Source: Candidatus Kapaibacterium sp. (GTDB lineage: Bacteria; Bacteroidota; Ignavibacteria; Kapaibacteriales; UBA2268). From it: a stretch of DNA of 64,000 nt. Location: contig OY762428.1 of the NCBI GenBank assembly GCA_963665665.1, forward strand, positions 1,440,001 through 1,504,000. The letters run 5' to 3'. Below are positions 1 to 8,458 of the stretch, in pieces. The position numbers were made by a program, and so were the translations under genes. The notes beneath the pieces were generated by a model. That model searched no databases. It was not told the DNA's origin and saw nothing but the letters and a program-made list of their open reading frames with translations. The stretch's first letter is position 1; each line of letters starts with the position of its first letter.

Positions 1-24
1 ATATCCGAAAAACCTAAAAGAGTA

Positions 25-1137
25 ATGTACTCCCCCAAAAAAGTTGACCTTACAATAACCGGAAAATGCAATCTTCGCTGCATATACTGCTTTCATTTCA
101 ATAGTCCGGCGGATATTCCTAAAGATTTGACAACTGATGAATGGCTACAATTCTTTGAAGAACTAAACGCAGCAAATGTTCTCAGCGTAAGTGTCAGCGG
201 TGGCGAAGCCTTTGTTCGCAAGGACTTCAATGAAATAATTGAAGGAATCGTACGAAACAGAATGCGCTTCAATATCCTTTCCAACGGAACTCTGATAACT
301 GATGAAAAGGCTGAATTCCTTGCAAGTACTAAGCGCTGCGATTCCGTTCAGGTTTCTATTGACGGCCCGAATAGCAGTGTCCATGACCTTACCTGCGGGA
401 CAGGTTCTTTCGAAAAGGCAGTCAGGGGACTCCAGGCATTAAAAAAATTTGGTATTAACCGTGCAGTAAGGCTGACGATAACCAAGCAGAACTACATGTA
501 CTTAGAAGAAGCTGCCGATACTCTTCTCGGTGAACTTGGCCTGAGATCTTTCAGTACAAATTCGGCTTGTCCATTCGGTATGACGAAAAAGGATGCTGAA
601 AACATCATGCTCGGACCTGATGAATTTGCCAAATCAATGGAATTGCATAGCCGGGTTATAAAAAAATATGGCAACAGAATATCAGCACAGGCAGGGCCTC
701 TATCCTGCCACACTCATTGGAGTGAAAACGAGTATAAAGTAGAAAACAAGGTGGCTCCCAAACCGGGCGGAGGATACCTGACAAGCTGCGGAGGAGTTTT
801 CAGCAAACTTTCTGTCAGGTCTGACGGTACAATAACTCCCTGCACTCAGATGCCCCATATTGAACTTGGCAGGATTAACCGGGATAATTTCCTGGATATC
901 TGGCAAAATCATCCTGAACTGAAAAGGTTAAGAGAACGCAGGCTTATTCCGCTTTCTGATTTCGAGTATTGCCGGGATTGTAAATATATGCCTTATTGTC
1001 GGGGCGGGTGTCCTGCAAATGCTTATGAACTGCATGGTGATGAGAATCATCCGGTTTATTCAACTGACAGTTGTTATAAGAAGTTTCTTGAAGAAGGCGG
1101 TAAATTGCCTATAAAAGAAATTGAAGAAATTAAATAA
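25..1137 (+). CDS. scmE: Radical SAM/SPASM peptide maturase, SynChlorMet cassette ScmE-like
   Basis: CxxxCxxC (CNLRCIYC), SGGE motif, SPASM cysteines (CGG...TPC...CRDC...CRGGC...C). N-terminus PKKVDLTITGKCNLRC resembles ScmE. The frame is open to base 1, so the true start may lie upstream of the window. Confidence 0.8.
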   Translation: MYSPKKVDLTITGKCNLRCIYCFHFNSPADIPKDLTTDEWLQFFEELNAANVLSVSVSGGEAFVRKDFNEIIEGIVRNRMRFNILSNGTLITDEKAEFLASTKRCDSVQVSIDGPNSSVHDLTCGTGSFEKAVRGLQALKKFGINRAVRLTITKQNYMYLEEAADTLLGELGLRSFSTNSACPFGMTKKDAENIMLGPDEFAKSMELHSRVIKKYGNRISAQAGPLSCHTHWSENEYKVENKVAPKPGGGYLTSCGGVFSKLSVRSDGTITPCTQMPHIELGRINRDNFLDIWQNHPELKRLRERRLIPLSDFEYCRDCKYMPYCRGGCPANAYELHGDENHPVYSTDSCYKKFLEEGGKLPIKEIEEIK

Positions 1138-1163
1138 TCTGTGAAACTTAAAATATTAAATAG

Positions 1164-2339
1164 ATGTTTGAAACTAATGACCTATCGTGCACTGTACCTA
1201 ATAAATTATATCCAAAACCGGATTGCGGCTATTATCTTGGCTGTATTTATTTTTATATCCTTGAAGGTTGCAACCTGAAATGCAGGCACTGCTGGATTAA
1301 CCCTCCTTTTGAATCAGACAGCAAAAAGCCTAAATATCCATTCGTGGATATCGAACTTTTTAAGCATATCATAGAAGAGGCTACTCCACTTGGATTGAAC
1401 TCAGTGAAACTTACCGGCGGCGAACCACTTATCCATCCGGAAATTGAAAAAGTAATAAAACATGTTCATGAAAAGAACCTGAAATTAAATATTGAAACAA
1501 ACGGTGTTGCTATCACTCCTGCTTTGGCAAAATTAATTTTAGCTTCAAAGAAAAGAGTAAATCTTTCTGTCAGTATTGATTCTCACAAGCCGGAAGTTCA
1601 CGAATGGGTTCGCGGCGTTCCCGGATCATTCAATGATGCCGTACGCGGTGTGAAAACCATGGTGGCCGAAGGTTTCCATCCCCAGGTTATCATGTCTATC
1701 ATGAACAATACTTATAAGGACGTTGAAGGCCTTGTGCAGCTTGCCGAATCCATTGGTGCCGGCTCTGTAAAATTCAATCTGGTTACGCCCACAGCCCGCG
1801 GAGAAAAGATGCACGAACGCGGTGAAGTTCTTACAGTTGAGGAATTATTCAATCTCGGTAAATTTATCGAAGAAGAATTACAGCCGAAATCAAAGATCAG
1901 GCTGATATATTCATACCCACCGGCATTCAGGACGGTAAGAAATATTAAGCGAAGGCCTAATATTGCAGGCTGTGGGATATTCAGGATAATTGGCGTTCTT
2001 GGTACCGGAAAATATGCACTATGCGGAATTGGCGAAAGCCTTCCGGACTTTATATTCGGGGATGCGAAAACAGACAGCCTCAAAGAAGTCTGGAATAACA
2101 ACCCCATGTTGAACAGGATAAGGAAAGGCCTTCCATCCGAACTTACCGGAGTATGCTCTGACTGCATAATGAAACAGGGTTGCCTTGGTTCATGTATTGC
2201 AAATAATTACTATGATTCGGGAAATTTATTTGCACCTCACCGCTTCTGCCGTCTTGCTTATGAAGAAGGTTTCTTCCCGAAATCAAGGCTTGTACCAGGT
2301 AGCGAATATGATAAGAATTATTCAGAGATCAGAAAATAA
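1164..2339 (+). CDS. scmF: Radical SAM/SPASM peptide maturase, SynChlorMet cassette ScmF-like
   Basis: YFYILEGCNLKCRHCWI, VKLTGGEPL, SPASM cysteines (CGI...ALC...CSDC...CLGSC...FC). Directly follows the ScmE-like gene. Confidence 0.8.
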   Translation: MFETNDLSCTVPNKLYPKPDCGYYLGCIYFYILEGCNLKCRHCWINPPFESDSKKPKYPFVDIELFKHIIEEATPLGLNSVKLTGGEPLIHPEIEKVIKHVHEKNLKLNIETNGVAITPALAKLILASKKRVNLSVSIDSHKPEVHEWVRGVPGSFNDAVRGVKTMVAEGFHPQVIMSIMNNTYKDVEGLVQLAESIGAGSVKFNLVTPTARGEKMHERGEVLTVEELFNLGKFIEEELQPKSKIRLIYSYPPAFRTVRNIKRRPNIAGCGIFRIIGVLGTGKYALCGIGESLPDFIFGDAKTDSLKEVWNNNPMLNRIRKGLPSELTGVCSDCIMKQGCLGSCIANNYYDSGNLFAPHRFCRLAYEEGFFPKSRLVPGSEYDKNYSEIRK

Positions 2340-2342
2340 ACA

Positions 2343-2375
2343 AACCTTCCGAATATTCTGAATCTTAGGAAGGTT
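2343..2375. repeat. 33-bp palindromic REP-like element (AACCTTCC...GGAAGGTT), copy 1
   Basis: Same terminal inverted repeat and length as copies at 13583 and 51535. Confidence 0.6.
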
Positions 2376-2405
2376 ATACATCAAACTGAGAGAAAAAATT
2401 TTATA

Positions 2406-3314
2406 ATGCTCTACTATAAAGTATATAACCTGATTATCAAATCAGAAATGGAATTCCCTGAATTTAATTCCGTTTCTGCTGAACCTGTTGACAAGCCGGA
2501 TGTATTTATACATTTCGGCGAAGTTCGGGAAAGACTCCCCTACCCAACCAAACTTGGCGTTTGTTATACCTTGGGGAAAAATGTACTCCACCTGAATATC
2601 CCCGGTATAGCCCGATACCTGGTATGGAAAGGCAATGAGATAATTATTGATCCGGCAGAGGAAGCAGCAACTGATGCTGTCAGGTCTTTTATTTTCGATG
2701 CACCAATCAGTTGCATTATGCACCAGAGAAATATGCTGCCAGTTTACGGAGCCGCAATAAAAAATGGAGATCAGGCTTTTATGGTTATCGGAATTTCCGG
2801 CAACGGTAAATCCACAGCGGCCTTTGAACTGATTAAGCGTGGATATAAACTCATATCGGATGATATAAGCGTAATTTCTGATTTCGATGGGAAATTGACT
2901 GCCCTGCCCGCTTATCCATCAATAAAACTGCCTCTTGATACAATAAAAAGAGCGGATATGAATCCTGATGACTTTCCCACAATCAGGGATGGTATCGTTC
3001 AAAAAAGAATACCGGTAGATACAACAGATTTTTGTGATCAGCACCTTCCTATTGAAAAAATATATATTCTATCAGGTTGGAACAAAAGCGGTACTGAAAT
3101 AAAACAGCTTGAGGAAAATACAGCAAAATTCAACCTGCTTCATGATTCCATGCACAGGCAGTACCTGGCAGGTATGGGCGGAGGGTTTTCACTGGTAAAG
3201 ATCACGGCCAAACTGATGAGCACAATGCCGGCGGCACAGATTGTACATTCCAGGAATGTAAAAGATATCGACAAAATGATTGATATGATCGAGGAGGATT
3301 TGAAAAATGAATAA
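2406..3314 (+). CDS. HPr kinase-like P-loop protein (putative peptide Ser/Thr kinase)
   Basis: Walker A GISGNGKST followed by LISDD, preceded by LPVYGAAI (degenerate LHA/LHG motif). Architecture of the HprK-related kinases found in RiPP clusters. Confidence 0.75.
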   Translation: MLYYKVYNLIIKSEMEFPEFNSVSAEPVDKPDVFIHFGEVRERLPYPTKLGVCYTLGKNVLHLNIPGIARYLVWKGNEIIIDPAEEAATDAVRSFIFDAPISCIMHQRNMLPVYGAAIKNGDQAFMVIGISGNGKSTAAFELIKRGYKLISDDISVISDFDGKLTALPAYPSIKLPLDTIKRADMNPDDFPTIRDGIVQKRIPVDTTDFCDQHLPIEKIYILSGWNKSGTEIKQLEENTAKFNLLHDSMHRQYLAGMGGGFSLVKITAKLMSTMPAAQIVHSRNVKDIDKMIDMIEEDLKNE

Positions 3315-4167
3315 CGTAACGTGGCTGGCCTCTTACCCCAAATCCGGAAACACCTGGACCAGGGCTTTCCTGACAGCCCTTATGGGCAATATCTGTGAAG
3401 TAAATATTAACGGCCTCGGCAATATTACTATAGCCTCGGCTATGCTGCCTTTTGAATTTGCAACCGGAGTAAGGGCATCCGACCTGACAGATGATGAGAT
3501 CGAAACACTCAGGCCCGAAGCTCACAGGTTTCTTGCAGAAATGAATGAAAATCATTATTTCCTGAAGGTACACGATGCCTACATCTATACTGCAAAAGAA
3601 GAACCAATGTTCCCCACGGACGCAACCCACAGTGCGGTATACCTCCTGCGAAACCCACTGGATGTGGCCGTTAGCTGGGCAAACCATAGTGGAATTACAA
3701 TTGAAAACTCCGTTAACCAGCTTTGCAATCCCAAACAGGCCTTATCCCAAACAGGCCCTGCCGGAAATATCGGAAACCAGCTAAGGCAAAGGATGTTTAC
3801 CTGGGGCGGACATGTGGAAAGCTGGATAAACGCTAAAGAGATAAAAGTACTTACTATTCGCTACGAGGATATGAAAGCAGATGCCGTCAGGGAATTCTCA
3901 AGGCTTGTTGACTTCACCGAACTCGGGAAAACGAAAGAAGAAATCATTGCCGCCGAAGAAGCCTGCCGTTTCGAAAAACTAAAAAAACAGGAAGAAGAAA
4001 AGGGCTTTCGCGAGAAGAGGGCCGGATGTGAAAACTTTTTTAATAAAGGGAAAACCGGCTACTGGAAAGATGAACTCACAGAAGAACAGGTAAAGAAAAT
4101 CATCGATACTAATTTCGATATGATGCTGAAATTCGGGTATATTGATGAGGATAGTGTTCCTGTTTAA
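3307..4167 (+). CDS. PAPS-dependent sulfotransferase
   Basis: 5'-PSB motif WLASYPKSGNTW, 3'-PB motif RNPLDVAVS, RYEDM, C-terminal FFNKGKTGYWK. Overlaps the upstream kinase by 8 bp. Confidence 0.9.
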   Translation: MNNVTWLASYPKSGNTWTRAFLTALMGNICEVNINGLGNITIASAMLPFEFATGVRASDLTDDEIETLRPEAHRFLAEMNENHYFLKVHDAYIYTAKEEPMFPTDATHSAVYLLRNPLDVAVSWANHSGITIENSVNQLCNPKQALSQTGPAGNIGNQLRQRMFTWGGHVESWINAKEIKVLTIRYEDMKADAVREFSRLVDFTELGKTKEEIIAAEEACRFEKLKKQEEEKGFREKRAGCENFFNKGKTGYWKDELTEEQVKKIIDTNFDMMLKFGYIDEDSVPV

Positions 4168-4254
4168 CATTACATAGGATTTTATTTTTTATTTTTCATA
4201 ATTTTATTATTTTTAATAAATTATGGATTATCTTAATTCAAAGGAGTATTTAAG

Positions 4255-4494
4255 ATGGAAGAAACCAAAACAATACAATATTGCTCCCCGGAAGTAGTTG
4301 ATTTCAAGTGGATGGCTGTTTTAGGTGATTGTACTAATAATGGATCAGATCCGGGAGCATACTGTACTTCAAATGGAGGCATTGCAACGCAGGCATGCGA
4401 CTATAACGGATCTGGGGCTGTCGGAGGATGCGCTTCTAATGGTGCCAGTGCTACAACATGCGGGAACGGAGCCGGTACCGGCACCGGCGGATAA
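4255..4494 (+). CDS. RiPP precursor peptide A1 (79 aa)
   Basis: AAGGAG RBS. Leader YCSPEVVDFKWM. Core with five C-x(2-3)-G motifs (CTNNG, CTSNG, CDYNG, CASNG, CGNG). Confidence 0.88.
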   Translation: MEETKTIQYCSPEVVDFKWMAVLGDCTNNGSDPGAYCTSNGGIATQACDYNGSGAVGGCASNGASATTCGNGAGTGTGG

Positions 4495-4748
4495 ATTAAA
4501 TATCTCATGCTCCTCCACACAAGCTGCTGAAAATTATTTCCAGACAACTCTGGAAAAATGATCATACCGGAGTTGTTTATTATTAACCTTGTACTTTAAA
4601 TTAACAATCAAGTATTAATATAATCAAATTTTTATTCTAATACATTTCACAATTACTCAAAACAACCAGTACTATCAAATTTTAATTGCAAAACTTCATC
4701 TTTTTCTTTATATTATTGATATAAATAATCTTATTAAGGAATATTATA

Positions 4749-4967
4749 ATGGATGAATTAGAAAAAATTCATTACTGCACTCCTGAAATAGTCGACTTTA
4801 AATGGATGAAAATATTTGGCGATTGTATATCCCATGGTACAGGGGATTCAACCCGGTGTTCTGCCAATGGGTCAACAGCAGGAGGTACAAAATCTGCAAC
4901 CAAAGGATGTACCAGTGTCGGTTTACTTGCAGATAATACCTGTAAAGCCGGACTAAAGGCTTTTTGA
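4749..4967 (+). CDS. RiPP precursor peptide A2 (72 aa)
   Basis: TAAGGA RBS. Leader YCTPEIVDFKWM. Core CISHG, CSANG, CTSVG, CKAG. Confidence 0.88.
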   Translation: MDELEKIHYCTPEIVDFKWMKIFGDCISHGTGDSTRCSANGSTAGGTKSATKGCTSVGLLADNTCKAGLKAF

Positions 4968-5020
4968 CCGATTATTAGAAACCGGTATAATTGCCTGAAT
5001 GATTATTTCGGTTTATTAAT

Positions 5021-6178
5021 TTACAACAAACCAACTTTTACGGATACCCCGAATTCTTCGCTGAGCTTAGAATAATTCTCGCCTGTTAGGTCGTCCCCGA
5101 ATCTGTCAAAGGGATTGTTTGGAAGAACAATATGGTCGATAGAAATTTTCTGGTCTTTATACTTTTCAAACGCCTTTATAAGTGCTTTCCTGAAGTCTTC
5201 AACCATTAACAGGCCTGAACAAATTATATTTCCTTCGTAGGTATAATTCTTTACACATTCCGAATAGTGATTGTTCGGCACAAAAGGCAGGTTTTTTTCA
5301 ATTATTTCTTTGCCCCTTGCGTATGCCGCTTCAGAAAACATCCAGAGAACATTTCTAAACCCCTTATTAAATGAGCCAATCATAAATTGATAAGGATCGA
5401 AATTCAAAGGTTTGTTCAAATCAGGACGTACATCCAGGTCGATTTTGTACTTCTTTCTCATTTTCGCAAAGAAATCACTCATTTCAACAAGATCAACATC
5501 CATTATCTCTTTTAGTTCAGGCCCCGCATTTTTGCTCCACCCGGGAAGATAAACCAATACTTTCTTCACATAGAACATCAGTGCCTGAATCGTTTTTTCA
5601 ATATCTTCATAACCTACCAGTTTCGGCAGCGGAACCATGGCGGCATCCACAAAGAAGCCTTCTTTCAAAAGCCTGTAAAAGGAATTCCGGGCTATTTGGA
5701 ATTTTTCTATCTTGTTTTTATAAATCCGGCTCCAGTTCCCGGGATTATCAGAGTGATAGGAGATAGTAAATTTCATTGGTTTAAAAGGCAGAAGCTCCTT
5801 TATAAATTCCTCTGTAAACAGGGTTCCGTTTGTATTAACCTGGATGACTCTGCCCGGAATTTTTTCGCGTATGAGCTTCAAAATAGTAAAAATGTCCGGA
5901 TGCAGAAGTGCCTCACCCTCGGATACTCTGCCCGGCAGGCTGTCCCCTATCCTGATATCGGCATTAGATTTTGTATCCAATATGGCAATACCCTTCTTAA
6001 TATCATCAAGTGAGCGAAAACCTTCCCTGTATATTTCAAATGGGTTCATATCGTTTGAACAGAAAAGACATTTGGCATTGCAAACAGAGGAAACAGGCAA
6101 TTGATTAGTATATCCGCCTGCAAGAGTTTCGTACATAAATTTACTTATCTCAATTCCGCCCATGATAATTCCTGACAA
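5021..6178 (-). CDS. Radical SAM protein, DUF512/NifB-MoaA-like
   Basis: CNAKCLFC motif, EGEALLHP, NTNG. C-terminal NYTYEGNIICSGLL...DDLTG resembles DUF512. Start codon uncertain. Confidence 0.7.
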   Translation of the reverse strand: MSGIIMGGIEISKFMYETLAGGYTNQLPVSSVCNAKCLFCSNDMNPFEIYREGFRSLDDIKKGIAILDTKSNADIRIGDSLPGRVSEGEALLHPDIFTILKLIREKIPGRVIQVNTNGTLFTEEFIKELLPFKPMKFTISYHSDNPGNWSRIYKNKIEKFQIARNSFYRLLKEGFFVDAAMVPLPKLVGYEDIEKTIQALMFYVKKVLVYLPGWSKNAGPELKEIMDVDLVEMSDFFAKMRKKYKIDLDVRPDLNKPLNFDPYQFMIGSFNKGFRNVLWMFSEAAYARGKEIIEKNLPFVPNNHYSECVKNYTYEGNIICSGLLMVEDFRKALIKAFEKYKDQKISIDHIVLPNNPFDRFGDDLTGENYSKLSEEFGVSVKVGLL

Positions 6179-6401
6179 TAATACTATTCAAAGCCTGACA
6201 TATACTTCGCAACATATCTTTGGAATAAAATAAATAATTTTTTTTGCAGCAGCAAATTTATGTTTCCAGATAAAAAGAAAAAGTATTATTTGGTATTACT
6301 TCTTCAAACAAATTGCCATTTTAAATTTCCGCTACTAAATATCATCACAGGTTATTATTTTGTAAAAATTTTTGTTTTTGAATTTTCATAGGAACTTAGG
6401 G

Positions 6402-6593
6402 ATGGAAGGAACTGTGATATTATCTTATTGTACGCCTGAAGTTATTGATTTCAAGTGGATGGATTCAGTAGGCTTATGTAACCCCGGATCTGGGGACTCT
6501 TCAAATTGCTCTGATGGTAATGTTGCAAGTACGATTTGCAACCAGGGAAATACAGCAGGGGTTAATTGCTTTGTTGGCCCTGACTTTTCATAA
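6402..6593 (+). CDS. RiPP precursor peptide A3 (63 aa)
   Basis: ATG at 6402 aligns with A1/A2. Leader YCTPEVIDFKWM. Core CNPG, CSDG, CNQG, CFVG. Confidence 0.87.
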   Translation: MEGTVILSYCTPEVIDFKWMDSVGLCNPGSGDSSNCSDGNVASTICNQGNTAGVNCFVGPDFS

Positions 6594-6626
6594 TTAATTA
6601 TTGTTTTACAAATATTGAGTATTGTT

Positions 6627-6833
6627 ATGGAAGAGGCAGGAAGAATAAAATATTGCATACCGGAAGTTGTTGATTTCAGGTGGATGGGTGTTCTTGGTCA
6701 CTGTACAAATGGAACTTCCGCAGCTCATGCCGGAGGTTCGAATTGCTCTCAGGGAAGTAGTGCGGATTCAGTTTGTAATATTGGAAATGATGCATATAAC
6801 TGTGCTGCCAATGGTAATGTTGTTTCAAGTTAG
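6627..6833 (+). CDS. RiPP precursor peptide A4 (68 aa)
   Basis: ATG at 6627. Leader YCIPEVVDFRWM. Core CTNG, CSQG, CNIG, CAANG. Confidence 0.87.
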   Translation: MEEAGRIKYCIPEVVDFRWMGVLGHCTNGTSAAHAGGSNCSQGSSADSVCNIGNDAYNCAANGNVVSS

Positions 6834-6924
6834 ATTCGTATCAATTAAAAAATTTCTGAATAATTGAATTAACAGATAAAATTCATTAATTTGGGTTTTA
6901 TCTGTTTTATTATTTAGATAAAGT

Positions 6925-7800
6925 ATGGAATATATTTTTAACCTGGCAAATGGCAGAAAATGGAAGCTAAAGTCATTATCCGAAAAAACTGATTTCGTAA
7001 CAGGAAATTATGCCCGTGTTTGTTCAATGAAAGAATCTTCAAACAACATCGACTGCGAAATTTCCTGTTTTGTGGATACAACTGAAGAAGTAAATGAATA
7101 TCGAAAGTACCATCCTGATTATATTGAAACCGGAAGAAAAGATTACGTTCGAATATTTTTCTCTCCCGATTATAAAGAAAGCATGGTATTCTTCAATCCG
7201 GAAAATCTTGATCACGAAAATCTGAAGTATTTATCTACAAATTATATTTCACGGGCATATCAGATACAGGCAATAAAAAACTACAAGGCTCTCCCCTGCC
7301 ATTGCGCACTGGTGGAAATTGAGGGCAAAGGCGCAGTGATCGGAGCCGTGGGTGATTGCGGAAAATCCACTTGCGCTACAAGGCTCCCCCATCCACACAA
7401 GGCCCTTGCCGATGATTATGCAATGATATTTCCCGTGAACGGGGATCTGATTGCACAGGCCATGCCCACCTGGAGCGTTTTCATAGGGGGCGACAGGGAT
7501 TACCGGGCAAACTGTTCTCAATCAACAATGGTAAAATCATTTTTCTTCCTTAAACAAAGTAAAACTGACTATGTAGAACGCACCAACGGAGTAATAGCCC
7601 ACCAGCATTTGAACAATAATTTTCAGGATCTGCTTGCCCTGAGGGTTTTGAAGGACCAACCTGAAGGCTTTGGCGAGGAAATACGCACTAAGATATTCGA
7701 TATGGCCGGGAAAATATCCGGGAAGTGGCCTACTTATTTTCTTCATGCCACACTTCATGGTGATTTCTGGAATAAAATGAATGAAGTGATGGAGGAATAA
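6925..7800 (+). CDS. scmC: SynChlorMet cassette protein ScmC-like (HPr-kinase-related P-loop protein)
   Basis: HCALVEIEGKGAVIGAVGDCGKSTC, LADD, AMPTWS and FFLKQ motifs, plus cassette context. Confidence 0.72.
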   Translation: MEYIFNLANGRKWKLKSLSEKTDFVTGNYARVCSMKESSNNIDCEISCFVDTTEEVNEYRKYHPDYIETGRKDYVRIFFSPDYKESMVFFNPENLDHENLKYLSTNYISRAYQIQAIKNYKALPCHCALVEIEGKGAVIGAVGDCGKSTCATRLPHPHKALADDYAMIFPVNGDLIAQAMPTWSVFIGGDRDYRANCSQSTMVKSFFFLKQSKTDYVERTNGVIAHQHLNNNFQDLLALRVLKDQPEGFGEEIRTKIFDMAGKISGKWPTYFLHATLHGDFWNKMNEVMEE

Positions 7801-7804
7801 AGCC

Positions 7805-8413
7805 ATGCAGCGAATTACCGATTACGACTATACCGGCCCCAGTATGAAGCGGGTTTTCAAACCCGCCGACGGCCTGATTATTGATCAGAATACTGATTTC
7901 AATGCTCTAAAACCCGGGGATATAATAAATTTTAAACCACCCGGAAATATTCATCATATTGTTCACCGTATAATAAAAAAAACAGCGGAAGGATATATTA
8001 CCCGTGGCGATAATAACAGCGGTCCCGATCCATATATTATTACCCCGGAATTCAATCCCAGTCTGGTTGTTGCTATTCGCCGCGGAAAAAAAGACATAAA
8101 ACTATACCGTGGAAAGATTGGAGTGATGATACATCATAAAAACCTGATGTTAAAGAAACTGCAGGTCTATACTAAATCCCCTTTGAAAAGAATATTGGAT
8201 AGAATTTCAGATGCCGGTATATTTTATAAACTCCATTTGTATGACAACAAAATTGAAGTTAAGCAATACAGAAATAACAATTTCTCGCAGAAAATCCTTT
8301 TCCTTGGAAAAAAGCAGATTGGACGGAAGATTCAATCCGAAGAATGGAATATCCGGCAACCGTGGCGGCTTTTCATTGATCCGAAAATTCTGGATGAGGC
8401 AAACCAAAAATGA
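7805..8413 (+). CDS. S24/S26-family (signal peptidase-like) serine peptidase, candidate leader peptidase
   Basis: GPSM catalytic-Ser motif, GDII, IVHRI, TRGDNN. No N-terminal TM helix. Confidence 0.8.
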   Translation: MQRITDYDYTGPSMKRVFKPADGLIIDQNTDFNALKPGDIINFKPPGNIHHIVHRIIKKTAEGYITRGDNNSGPDPYIITPEFNPSLVVAIRRGKKDIKLYRGKIGVMIHHKNLMLKKLQVYTKSPLKRILDRISDAGIFYKLHLYDNKIEVKQYRNNNFSQKILFLGKKQIGRKIQSEEWNIRQPWRLFIDPKILDEANQK

Positions 8414-8438
8414 GGCCGCGAAAATCCAGGCCTCATTT
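8408..8438. terminator. Bidirectional intrinsic terminator between convergent genes
   Basis: AAATGAGGCC...GGCCTCATTT inverted repeat. Confidence 0.55.
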
Positions 8439-8458
8439 ATTCTGTCACTATTAAAGTA

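Noticed and set aside
4255-6833. Lasso peptide or lanthipeptide assignment of the precursors
   Set aside because: A YxxP leader is present, but no lasso cyclase, B2 protease or Lan enzymes are in the window. The multi-CxxG cores fit rSAM substrates better.
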